From Vicugna vicugna (taxonomy: Eukaryota): DNA of 64,000 nt. This document shows, in pieces, positions 12,393 through 22,915 of the stretch. Where the stretch lies: the NCBI GenBank assembly GCA_013265495.1, contig MU063710.1:2694271-2758270 (forward strand), written 5' to 3'. The notes below the pieces were generated by a model. The model saw nothing but the letters and a program-made list of their open reading frames with translations. It made no database searches and had not been told where the DNA came from. Position numbers and translations under genes: made by a program. Each line of letters starts with the position of its first letter. Within the stretch, counting starts at the first letter, position 1.

Positions 12393-12925
12393 ATTAGCTT
12401 TATATTACTGCCATAATAAACCACGGCAAATTTAGGAGCTTAAAATAACACTAAGTTATTATCTTAGAGCTCTGTATGTCCGAAGTCTTAAGTGAGTCTC
12501 ACCGGATGAAAATCAAGTTGTCAGCAGGGCCATTGTTCTCTTCTGGAGGCTGGAGAGAGGCATCTGTTTTAGATTGTCAACAGAACTTGTTGGCTGTGGG
12601 AGCTGGGTCCCTGTTTTCTTTCTGGCTGTGGGCAGAGGGCCATTCCACCTTCTAGAGACCGTCTGCACTTCTTGGCTTGTCACCTCCTTCTTCCATCTTC
12701 AAAGGAGAAAAGGAGATGGGTCTCAGGTCTCTCTCACACTTCAGATTTCTCCTGCTGCTTCCTTCACATCCTCTGAAGTTTTAAGAATTCATGTGATTAG
12801 ATAGTCCCACCTATATATCTAGTAATCTTTCTATTTTAAGATCTGTGCCCTTAGTTACATCTGCAGAGTCCCCCTTTGCCATGAGTAGTAGCAAATTCAG
12901 AGGTTCCTGGGATTGGAGCTTCAGT
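12393..12925 (-). mobile_element. MaLR MLT1 LTR
   Basis: Starts tattagctttatattactgccataataaaccacggcaaatttaggagcttaaaataacac (reverse complement of the MLT1 3' end). It also contains ttagttacatctgcagagtcccctttgcca. Confidence 0.75.
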
Positions 12926-14099
12926 AGTTAGCCATGAGAACCCCCACGGACACACCTTCTGAACAGCTGACGACCCCCGATGCCTGGAAGAATGGATGGC
13001 CTGCATGGACTGCAGATAGCTTCCATGAGTATCGTTTTATTCAAAATCAAGCTTATGAGTTTCCCCATTTGCATGGGTCTAAATTTCAGTACCTAACTGC
13101 ATATGAACAGGTTTCCACTTAAGGGCTATCCTCAGGTCAGTCATTACCCTGAGGTCAAAGAAAGCTAGTAACTCAGTGGCACTGAAGATGTCTGGAGTGG
13201 ATATAGCATTTGATTCCAGGAGGCTTGCACTTTCCTTCATTCCTTCCCTCTTTCCTTCCTTGATTTTTTTTTTTTGGAAAAAATAAAGAAGAAACTTTCA
13301 TGAGGAAGGAAAATTGGTCTGACATTGACAAGTGTATAGGGTTAGGGAAGGGCACTTGTTACGAATTTGGACAAAGGATGAATCCTGTAAAACTGAGTAA
13401 CCTTGCCTATCTCATCTGAAGAGAGCAGTGTATAAAGTGTTGTTTTGATTTAAACCATATATTGCTGCTTCTTATTTAAGTCATTGAAGTACACAGGAAA
13501 CTTATCATTACTTTGTTCAAAAGTCTTTGGTAATTTGAATGCTGCTTTTGTTCTTACTTACTACTTTTCTGTTTCCGTAAAGTGCTCACACCCATCTGCT
13601 ACTGTGAAGATCCTCTATAATTAAAAAAAATCAACTATCGTTATTTCGTGTGAAACTGTCTTACTATTTCTTTTTTATTTTAATCTCCTGATTTGTGAGA
13701 ACACAGCTTAGCAAAGTGTATAAAAGGCAGCAAAGCGGGTAGTTTAGATTTCTGTTAGTCTTGCAAGGAAAAGCGACAAGTAAACCCCGGAGTACAACAC
13801 AGAGAGATTACACAGTGAAATGCTTCTGCGAACTAGGATTTATAGAACTGGAAACCTTATTATTTTTTTCAGTCAATATGTAAATGGATAAATTCCTACG
13901 TTTTTATGTTGTAAAAATTAATTGTGAAATGTTTCTCTGCAGAATAAAAAACATGTAAAATGGCATCCATGTATAATACTCTGAAAAGTCCACTCATATA
14001 AGAACAGTTGGCAGAAATAGATACTAAATGAAAATAAAAAAACATTCACGTTGAGTCCACCCATCTTTTCTGTGTAGGTACCTCAGTGTTCAACAAGGT

Positions 14100-14300
14100 G
14101 TGAGTGTTATTCAGTTTCACTCACCTTTTCATGTGCTCAGTAGTGTTTACTGAGAGAGTACTATGCACTGAGGTAAAAATTAATAAGGCACAAAAAGTTC
14201 ACAGAAGTGAAGAAATTAATACAATGATATTAACTATAATAAAACATGGCAATTGCAGTGACAGATACATACATAGTACAGTGTTTTAATGCTGACTGTG
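14100..14300 (-). mobile_element. L2 3' fragment
   Basis: tcagtagtgtttactgagagagtactatgcac...ataaggcacaaaaagttcacag resembles the antisense L2 tail. Confidence 0.45.
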
Positions 14301-15439
14301 CCTTATCGGTTCCAGTTTTCCAAGAAAAGTTGAAAATGTTCATCTTTACACGTTTCACCGCATTACAATAGATAGATATAGTATACACTATCAGTGAACT
14401 AGGAATTACTTCTCAATAATGAATACTGTATTATAAATGCCAGCTTTATTGCTTCTGTGTCTGACGTACCTCCTAAAGAGATTCCAGTTTGTTCTACCTT
14501 TTTTAAGTCTCTGGCTTCCCTCATATCTGTCAAAAGATTAAAAATATAACATTGTGTATGTGTATCTCTGTGTATGTAAGAATATAATTGTATTTGTCAT
14601 ATACTTTACTTAATTATGAAGACTTATTACATTGACACTTTTCTGCCTTCCTGCTAAGCTGACAGAAACAGAAATATTTCTAATCACCTTTTCCAGGTAG
14701 ACCAAAAGTTTTAAGTTTTTGTTCATTTTTCTTTACCACCACTATCCAAATTAGTGTCTAGACAACATCAAAAAGACAGCCATAAGCTGAATTGCACAAT
14801 ATACATTTCATCCTCTTCCTTCTATTGTATTAGATTTCCATGAATTGTTGTTGGGAAAAAATAAGTGGATCCTTCAGTATTTCCCAAATATTTTTCTTTT
14901 TTGAGACACTTCTATTTCATACCATAATGTAGAAAGAAAGAAGTGACTTGGAAAGGATAGTAGGTTGAGGAAATGGTGGGAAGGGAAGATGGTATCTTCA
15001 GGAGGAAAGCATGACAGCAAGAAGACCTTTGAGAGTTGAATGAATTCGTGTTTCACAAAGATAACAGGGAGGAAGCATGAGAAAGAAAAGAGGCATAAAT
15101 AAGTTGAGGAAAAGCAAAGACGAGAGGAGAAAAAAGGCATAGAGAGAAACAACCATGAATTTGGTACATAATTGTCATGACAGACTTCTTCATGCCTTCA
15201 TTTACTCTGGCCATAACTAGATGATATACAGAATAAATCTGAGTGTTGTGGCCCCTGGGGAACCTATTATCGCAGAAGTGTGTTTCCAGTATTGTTATAT
15301 GTTTGATTTATCTTATTTTAAGTATTTATCATTAAACCCCTGAAAAAACCGGGAAGATCTAAGAACCCAACCCACCTAATCATTGTAAGAGTGTCATTGC
15401 TGACTATAAAGAACTTACATATCCTCAAAATATCAACTC

Positions 15440-15537
15440 TCTTTTTTTTATTTTAATGGGGATACTGGGGATCGAACTCAGGACCTCGTGCATGCTAAGC
15501 ATGCGTTCTACCACTAACCTATACCCTCCCCTGCCAG
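15440..15537 (-). mobile_element. tRNA-Ala(AGC)-derived camelid SINE (vic-1-like) with A-rich tail and 11-bp TSD
   Basis: The reverse complement GGGGAGGGTATAGGTTAGTGGTAGAACGCATGCTTAGCATGCACGAGGTCCTGAGTTCGATCCCCAGTATCCCCA has about 7 differences from mammalian tRNA-Ala-AGC as I recall it, and is followed by TTAAAATAAAAAAAAG. The TSD aatatcaactc is at 15429-15439 and 15538-15548. Confidence 0.85.
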
Positions 15538-15549
15538 AATATCAACTCA

Positions 15550-15880
15550 ATTATTTTGTCCCTCACCCTTAACTCCTAATTCTTGTGTCTCTCTAACTCC
15601 AATTGGTACTTCCCTCATGTGCTAAATTATATGATATTTATCATTCGGTATCTTTTCCACTTGGGCATCATATTTTAAAGATCATCCTCTATTGCTGTGT
15701 TGTATACCTAGTGCATTTCTTCTGATAACTTTGCAGTCTTTCATGGTGGGTGACTACCTCATTTTATTTAGCAGTTCTGCAAAGGAATGGACACCTATGT
15801 CCCCTGCAAAATTAAGGTTCCACTTGGCAACATATAGTTAATCCCACATCCCTAAAACAGAGGTTGCTGGAGTAGAAAAA
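15550..15880 (-). mobile_element. Old L1 3' fragment
   Basis: catcatattttaaagatcatcctctattgctgtg...ctcattttatttagcagttct is antisense L1 3' UTR-like. Confidence 0.5.
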
Positions 15881-16260
15881 TTAACAGACTCCTGGCTTCC
15901 TATAATGCAAGACCTACGTAAACTACATTTAATTTTAAAAGGTGTAGGGGAAATAAATCGAGGCATTATTTATGGTATCTTAATAGGTCTGACAACTCTG
16001 CAATGTTATTGTGTCTATTTTGGGAGTATTTAAAAGGTTTATGAGCATCTCATTATTTTTTAAGAACTTGGAGACATTTTTGAGCTATTAATTGGCTATG
16101 GCTCCTTAGTATGTGCCTCTGCTAGAAAAATAAAGCAAATGCTTTTCTACAGCCTTTCTCTATGTGTAGGTGTAACTACAGCCCAAATAGATCTTGAGTA
16201 GGCAATCTAAATTGGAACTTTGTTTTGCAGAATACTTATATGTTAATTTAGAGTCTATAG

Positions 16261-16481
16261 CAGGGGTCAGCAAACTTTATGTATAAAGGAAAGATAATAA
16301 ATAGATTAGACTTTGGGGTCCATTTAGTGTGTATTGCAGCTAGTTAACTCTGCCTCTGCAGAGTAGAAACGCCATGGACAATATGTAAACGAACGTGTGT
16401 GTCAGTGCTCGGATAACATTTATTTACAAAAGCAGGCAGTGGGCTGGATTTGCCTGGACGGTCACAGTTCCATGATCCCCG
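16261..16481 (-). mobile_element. MER58A-like hAT-Charlie MITE
   Basis: Terminal caggggtcagcaaac...gatcccc(g). It contains atatgtaaacgaac...tttatttacaaaagcaggcagtgggctggatttgcc. The flanks gtctatag and gtctagaa resemble a degenerate 8-bp TSD. Confidence 0.8.
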
Positions 16482-17212
16482 GTCTAGAATGTGATTTTCC
16501 CATGCTGGGATGCAGTTATTTTGTAGACTAGACATGTCTCAAGAATGAGTCTCTACAGAACCTTGCCTTAGGTATTTTAAATCTTGTTTCTTCTTGAGAA
16601 TCTTCACAGTGTTTGGGCAGCGCCCCAGTGTGGACAACATCAGGCAATTAGAGATGCTTGTGATCTTTTATTTCTCAGTAAGGGGACTATCTAACTGAGA
16701 GGAACAAAAGAGAAAAAGCATTGGAGATAATTCTATCCATAGGATATTTTATTAGACTGCAAATTATTTACTGTACTGTGCATATTTGGCACCTCTGTGT
16801 CAGTGGGCCTAACTAACCCTGTGTTCCCATGGAAAAGACACTGAGGCATATATATTTTTTATTTTAAAAGACTCTTTTCTCTATGAGCATCCAGTTTATT
16901 TCAAAAGACTGGTGTGATTCTATAGAGTATTCAGAAATTAGAGCATTTACAGGTATCAGTCTAGAATCTTATGGGCCCTGTAATTCACATTCAAGGTTAG
17001 GAGGTGACATAGTCCCTGAACAGAAGTTAGGCTGAAACCAAACTGGATCCTGGCCTTATTGCTGCATTCCTCTTACGTGACCTTGGACAAGAATTTGACT
17101 TTCCTGGTCTTTGTGTCCTCATTGTCATTGTAAGATTTTTTTTCTTTAATTTCTGTTTCTTAATGATTTGCACCAAATTGTTAATACTATCTCTGGGGTA
17201 TAAAAATGACTG

Positions 17213-17820
17213 TAGTGTGTGGTATTGGTATAAAAAGAGACATATGGATCACTGAAACAGAATAGAGAGCCTAGAAATAAACCCACACACCTGTGGTCAA
17301 TTAATAGTTCCCATATGATCCAGCAGCCCCACTCCTGGGCATATAGCTGGAGAAAACTCTAATTCAAAGAGACATATGCACCACAATGTTGTAGCAACAC
17401 TATTTACAGTAGCCAAGACACGGAAGCAAACTAAGTGTCCGTCAACAGATGAATGGATAAAGAAGATGTGATATATATATGAGAAAGACACATATCATGT
17501 GATGCCACTTACTTGTGGAATCTAAAAAATGATACAAATGAACTTGTTTACTAAACCAAACAAGATTCACAGACATGGAAAACAAACCTATGGTTACCAA
17601 AGGGAAAAGTGGGGAGGGATGAATCAGGAGTTGGAATTTGCAAATACGCACTATTATACATAAAATATATTAGCAACAAGGTTATAATGTATAGCACAGG
17701 GAACTACATTCAATATATAGTAGTAATCCTATAGTGAAAAAGAATATATATATATTACTGAATCACTATGCTGTATACCAGAAACTAACCCAACGTTGTA
17801 AATGAACTCTACTTCAATTA
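17213..17820 (+). mobile_element. 5'-truncated, internally deleted cetartiodactyl-type L1 with TSD
   Basis: L1 ORF2 and 3' UTR sequence (ccatatgatccagcagccccactcctgggcatat, gaatcactatgctgtataccagaaactaac...acttcaatt) is flanked by aaaaatgactg at 17202-17212 and 17821-17831. Confidence 0.85.
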
Positions 17821-18390
17821 AAAAATGACTGATTGCTGCAGAGGGGCTTTTTAATTTTCTATTTCACATACCACTCTCTCATTGTGTGTAATATAATCAG
17901 CATGCATTATTTTATAACAAATGGATTTTTTAAAAGAAATATTTAAATTGTACCAGAATTTATACTGTAACATGAATGTGGCAATGAAATTGTCATTAAA
18001 TATAAACAGCATTTTCAAAATTAAACATTTTCTACAAATGTAAGGTGAAATCAGGTTACCTGACTACATCAATAGGAAATTATAAAATAGCATGTATTTT
18101 CTCAATGAGTTTAATTTATGCCATAATATATGAGCTGAAACCCTTTAGATCAATCTGTCTTTCATTTGCAGTAAAGTTTCAAAATACTGTTCTTACACTT
18201 TCTGCATTTATGCAATGCATTTTTACTTTATGATAAAGTTAGTTGGTAATTCCTTAACTCTTTTTGCTGATGACCTTTTAAAGCTGCATAATTAGAATAA
18301 GTTGTGGTTATTGTATTGGAATCTCTATCCCATGGGCCAACAAGGCAGCACATTAATTCTCTGCATCACCCACTCCATGTGCAGTGCCAT

Positions 18391-18546
18391 NNNNNNNNNN
18401 NNNNNNNNNNNNNNNNNNNNNNNNNNNNNNNNNNNNNNNNNNNNNNNNNNNNNNNNNNNNNNNNNNNNNNNNNNNNNNNNNNNNNNNNNNNNNNNNNNNN
18501 NNNNNNNNNNNNNNNNNNNNNNNNNNNNNNNNNNNNNNNNNNNNNN
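18391..18546. other. Assembly gap (156 N)
   Basis: Run of N. Confidence 0.99.
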
Positions 18547-21500
18547 TTCACATCAGGAAGTGCACATGAAGAAGTTCTTCATACAAAATTGTGAAAAGAG
18601 TAGCAGACTTTAAAATATATTTTAAAATATTGATAATTGAAATAGAATTAAATTATGATAATGTGTAGCAATGTTTAAAAAGGAAATACTATGCAAATAT
18701 GTGTCTGTTTAACAATCTTAAACAGTATTAGAGGACACATTATTAAACTCATGTATTCAGGATTAAATGTTAAAGTTTATTTAATAAAGAAAAAATAAAT
18801 TTAAGGGAATTATTAGTACTGTAACTATCACCTACTGAGGACATATATGTAATATATTTGTTTAAATCATATATTTTAACTTGGAAAAATATATTGGGCT
18901 GTAGATTGCATGACACTGATTTTTACTTTCATTTTCTTATTACTTAATTTGTTTCTCTAATCAGTTATGCCAAATACATTGAAGGGACATACAATTATAT
19001 TAAAGAAAACTGGATCAAATAAAAATGTAATAGCTAATAAAAAAAGTGGCATTTATATTTAGTGATCCCTAAAGCCATTGAGTAGTTATAGGAGAAAAAT
19101 TACAGGCAACATGGTGATAAATGTTCCTTTTTTAAAAGAATAAACACATACCCACAGTTATCAGGTACTTTGTAATATTTAACAAGCATCTGTGTTTCTA
19201 AGCCAGACTTCCCCTGCCAAGAACACACACAGCGCCCTGTATATGAAATACCTTCAGAATCTATTCAAAAACTGACTCTTCCTTGAAACTTTGCTTGGCA
19301 CTTTCACTGGAACTGCTCTCTCATGGAACTGCTCTCATTATTTGGATATGTCTTCTATCCTTCCTTATGTTTAATGTATTCTGATGTAGTTAGCTTTGTG
19401 AATGCCTCAATTCCCCTATCTGATTGCAAGCTCCTTCGGCCCTGAAATTGTGTATTTTTTTCATGCTGGTGTCAATAATTCCTGGTCAAATGTATACACT
19501 GAACAGAGTCAAAACATAATAAGGGAAAGCAGGGCTAATACAGAGCGCTCATGGATCCCCACTGGGTGTTTTCTGAGTTCTGAGATGTGACGTTGTTGTG
19601 TCCATTAGTAAACTTTTGAGTAAATCAATGGTAGCTAAATTTGTAACCCTGTGGGGGAGCCAAGGCAAAGGAGTTCTGTGTGTGGTCGTTTATGTGAATG
19701 CTGCGGTGGGACAGCTTAAGACAGCATCTCCTGGCGTCTGGCAGTGACAGGTTTGACTGGTCAGCTGGCATGTGGTAGGCTTTTACCAGAGTCCTAAAGG
19801 TGCTGTTTGACATCTCACAGTGTCCCCCATAATGCTTTGTGTATACCAGCTGCTCAATAAGTATTTTTAAATAAATTAGTGGATAGAGAGCATTTTGTCA
19901 AACATGATAATACGTAGAGTTTGAGGCATGTAACACCCTTGGTGCAGAGGACTGATTTATTCATTTAAATATCAAGAATGTTCAAGACTAATTATCGGAG
20001 AACTTGAGTTGGACAAGAGACTGGTTTCCATGGCAGCACAGACAAGGAAGTGGGTCCTGGGAGAGTTAAAACAGTTATTTGTTCCTTTGAGGCTTCAGGG
20101 TATCGACACATATCATTCTCACAGACTTGTTCCTTGGAAACACTGGGGAAAATTCTCATTTTCTGTAGTAATTGGTGTATAGATTTTAAGGGAGCAGCAG
20201 TACAATAATGCCTCTCTGCACACAGTAGGTGATGCACGTAAATAAGTACATGTTTTCTCTGAGTCTGTTACATTGTTAGAGAAGTGGCATATATTTTAAG
20301 CATCTTGTGCTCACCATGTTAATTCTCACGAATCAAAGGGAATGCTTTTGAAGCAGCAGTGTTCACAAAGAGACTTGGAACCTCCCTGTCTGGTTCATTC
20401 TAAAGTCTGTCCCATGCACATTCTATGAATCAGTCTCAGTACCGATGCCTGCCTGCTTTAGTAACATCAGAACATCACTACATGCAAAGCTACCAGGACA
20501 GTGCCCTAAACTGGCAGAGATGTGCTGAAAGACTACGTGGAGACTGGAGACTTGATGGTATGGTATCAGTGGTGTAAAACATCTGCATAGGGTCGCATGC
20601 TACTGAAACACTGGTGTTTGGAATGTTGTGTTTTGCATGGTGCTGTGCATCAATGGGATACTAAATACATGGATATTTTTCGTTATTTACATAGTAATAC
20701 TTTAAAGTCAAGAGATAACAGAATGCTTAATACAGTCTAGGAAAGCCTAATTCACAAGTCATAGGAAACAATAATCTAACAGTCCTAAAGGGGCCAAAAA
20801 AAACCAGTGCACTCAATTGACTCACCCAATTTTGCTCAAATATATGCTGGCCCATATGGCAGGACATCTTAGATCTCTGCCAAATAAAATGATTGTTCTA
20901 AGATTCATGTCAATGATAATTTCTTCTGTGAAGCCTTTTCTGACCCCACTTTCCCCCCCTGATAGAATCAATTCAGTGTATCAAGAAATACCTCTGCCTC
21001 CTCCCAGGCCAGCCTGTAATCCCTGGTAAAAAGGGATCACATCCCACCAATCTCTTTAATCCCAGGGGTAGCCATAAAGCTGGACATATAAGGTAAACCT
21101 ACTAGGGTTTGCTGAAGAAGTAACTGAATGAACAAATAAATGGATGCAAGCTAGACAGGAAGGTGCTCTAGAGGAACACTGATCAATAAGAACCAGCAAT
21201 ACCACGTTTGCTTTTGGGTGGTTCTGGCAGAAAGTCAGTTCTTTCCAATCATGGGACTAAAATAAAGTGAGTGTGGTGCAGTCTGTTTAGGAACACAGAC
21301 ATGGCAGTGACAGCCAGCAGAGCCCTGGCAAGAAGCAAAAAAGCAAGGAGCTGTCTGCAGTAGACTATTAACAACCAAGACTGGGAGACGATAGACAGAT
21401 CATCAGAAAAGATCATGTGAGACTGGCACACATAATCACGTTAGGATAGGACAGTTAGAGTTAGAACTGGGTCAAAAGATGACAACTCTTTTACAATGAA

Positions 21501-21849
21501 TGCGTAATTGAGAGAAGGACTTAAGCCCTCTGCCTGGTGAACTGGATCCAGATGCCCGTATTAAGAGTAACTGAGAATGTAGATAACTCACTGCTATAAA
21601 TTTAGTCATAGACACTAGGACTATTTTAATAACATTTAAACATTTGTTTATAGCTATGTTGGTTTTCTACATGTACATGTACAGTGTAAATATTTTAATC
21701 ATAACCGTCTCTCTAGAATGTTAAGATCAAGTTTTTTTCTTGTAATATTCTTTGCCAGTAGCCCATCTTAAATTAAAAATGAACCCCCCCCCCCAAAAAA
21801 AAAAAGTTCAAATGGATTTAGGCTTTCTCCAGAGTAAGAGTTTCTGGCT

Positions 21850-21868
21850 GGACCTCCAGAGGTCGCAA
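21850..21868 (+). promoter_or_regulatory. Candidate CTCF motif
   Basis: GGACCTCCAGAGGTCGCAA against consensus TGGCCACCAGGGGGCGCTA, with one mismatch at a conserved core G. It lies in a CpG-retaining patch. Confidence 0.4.
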
Positions 21869-22264
21869 CGTGTAGCATTACTCTGCTGCATTCAACCGTA
21901 GCCCAGAGCTGTGCAAGCCTCACCTGTAAAGGTCTGTGCACTCGGCACATAGTCTTGCCAGTGAATGCATCTGGCCTGATCAAATCATGGAATAAGGAAC
22001 CGTGGAGATCGGAAAACACAAGACCAGTTATATGTAACCAGCATGGCCATATTGACTTACAGCAAAAAGTAGCTTCCAAGGGGACCAAGTTATAATTTCC
22101 TTCAGGAGCCCAGCTTATCTATGTTGACAAACTACATGTTAGCCAGATTATGAAAAGACAATTGGCTGGTGGAAATAGGCTCAAAACAATGTAATTCTGT
22201 AATTTGATTTGATTGTTTAAAGTCATTGGGTTTTATAAAGACAGCATTATGTAGTGTTGAAGAG

Positions 22265-22385
22265 TGCTGGCCTATGTTTATGAAGGGAGTATATTGGATG
22301 GTAAAGAGTGTGGGACCTGGAGCCAGTCTGCCTGGCTGCAAAGCCCTGGTCCTCTACTCAGTAGGTATGTAACGTTGTGCAAAAT
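22265..22385 (+). mobile_element. MIR 5' fragment
   Basis: agagtgtgggacctggagccagtctgcctggctgcaaagccctggtcctctactcagtaggtatgtaac. Confidence 0.6.
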
Positions 22386-22389
22386 GCCT

Positions 22390-22915
22390 GGTGTTCGTTT
22401 CAGTTGCTGTGATCACATAATAAATACCCTAAAACTTCACAGCTCAGGATTCTATGTCAAAAATCTGGACAGGACGTAGCAAAGCCAACTTGTCTCTTCT
22501 CAAATGTTCTCAACCATCAGCTGGATGATTTGAAGACTAAGCATTGGAATCATGTTCAGCTGACTCATTCACTCACAGTCGATGCTGATACCTGAGACCT
22601 GGGCTGGGGTTGTTGGCTGGAACATCTACACATAACCTCTAAATGTGGCCTGGATTCCTCACAACATAGTGCCTGGTCCAAGGGTGAATGTCCCCAAAGA
22701 GAGGGCCAGGCAGAAGCTGTTTACTTTTTTAATAAACTTTTTAATAAACTAGCCCAGGAAGTCACACAGCATCATTTCCACCATACTAGGTTGACTGGAA
22801 AAGCCACAAGTCTACCCACGTTCAATGGAAGGAGAAATAGACTGTGCTTCCTGATAGGGAGTGACAAGGTTCTAGAAGAATGTGTGGGAATGAAAATATT
22901 TCTGTGGCCATGGAA
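22390..22915 (-). mobile_element. MaLR MLT1 (older F/G/H-type) LTR
   Basis: gctggaacatctacacataacctctaaatgtggcctggattcctcacaacatag and ggaagtcacacagcatcatttccaccatact match antisense MLT1. Confidence 0.7.

Noticed and set aside
12934-13122. 62-aa ORF MRTPTDTPSEQ... as a micropeptide
   Set aside because: No recognisable homology, and no supporting promoter or splice structure.
15457-15531. Functional tRNA-Ala(AGC) gene
   Set aside because: It has a TSD, an A-rich tail, an altered 5' end and substitutions in the D-arm and acceptor region. These indicate a SINE insertion.
16530-16539. p53 half-site AGACATGTCT (also AAACATGCCT near 9466)
   Set aside because: There is no adjacent second half-site.
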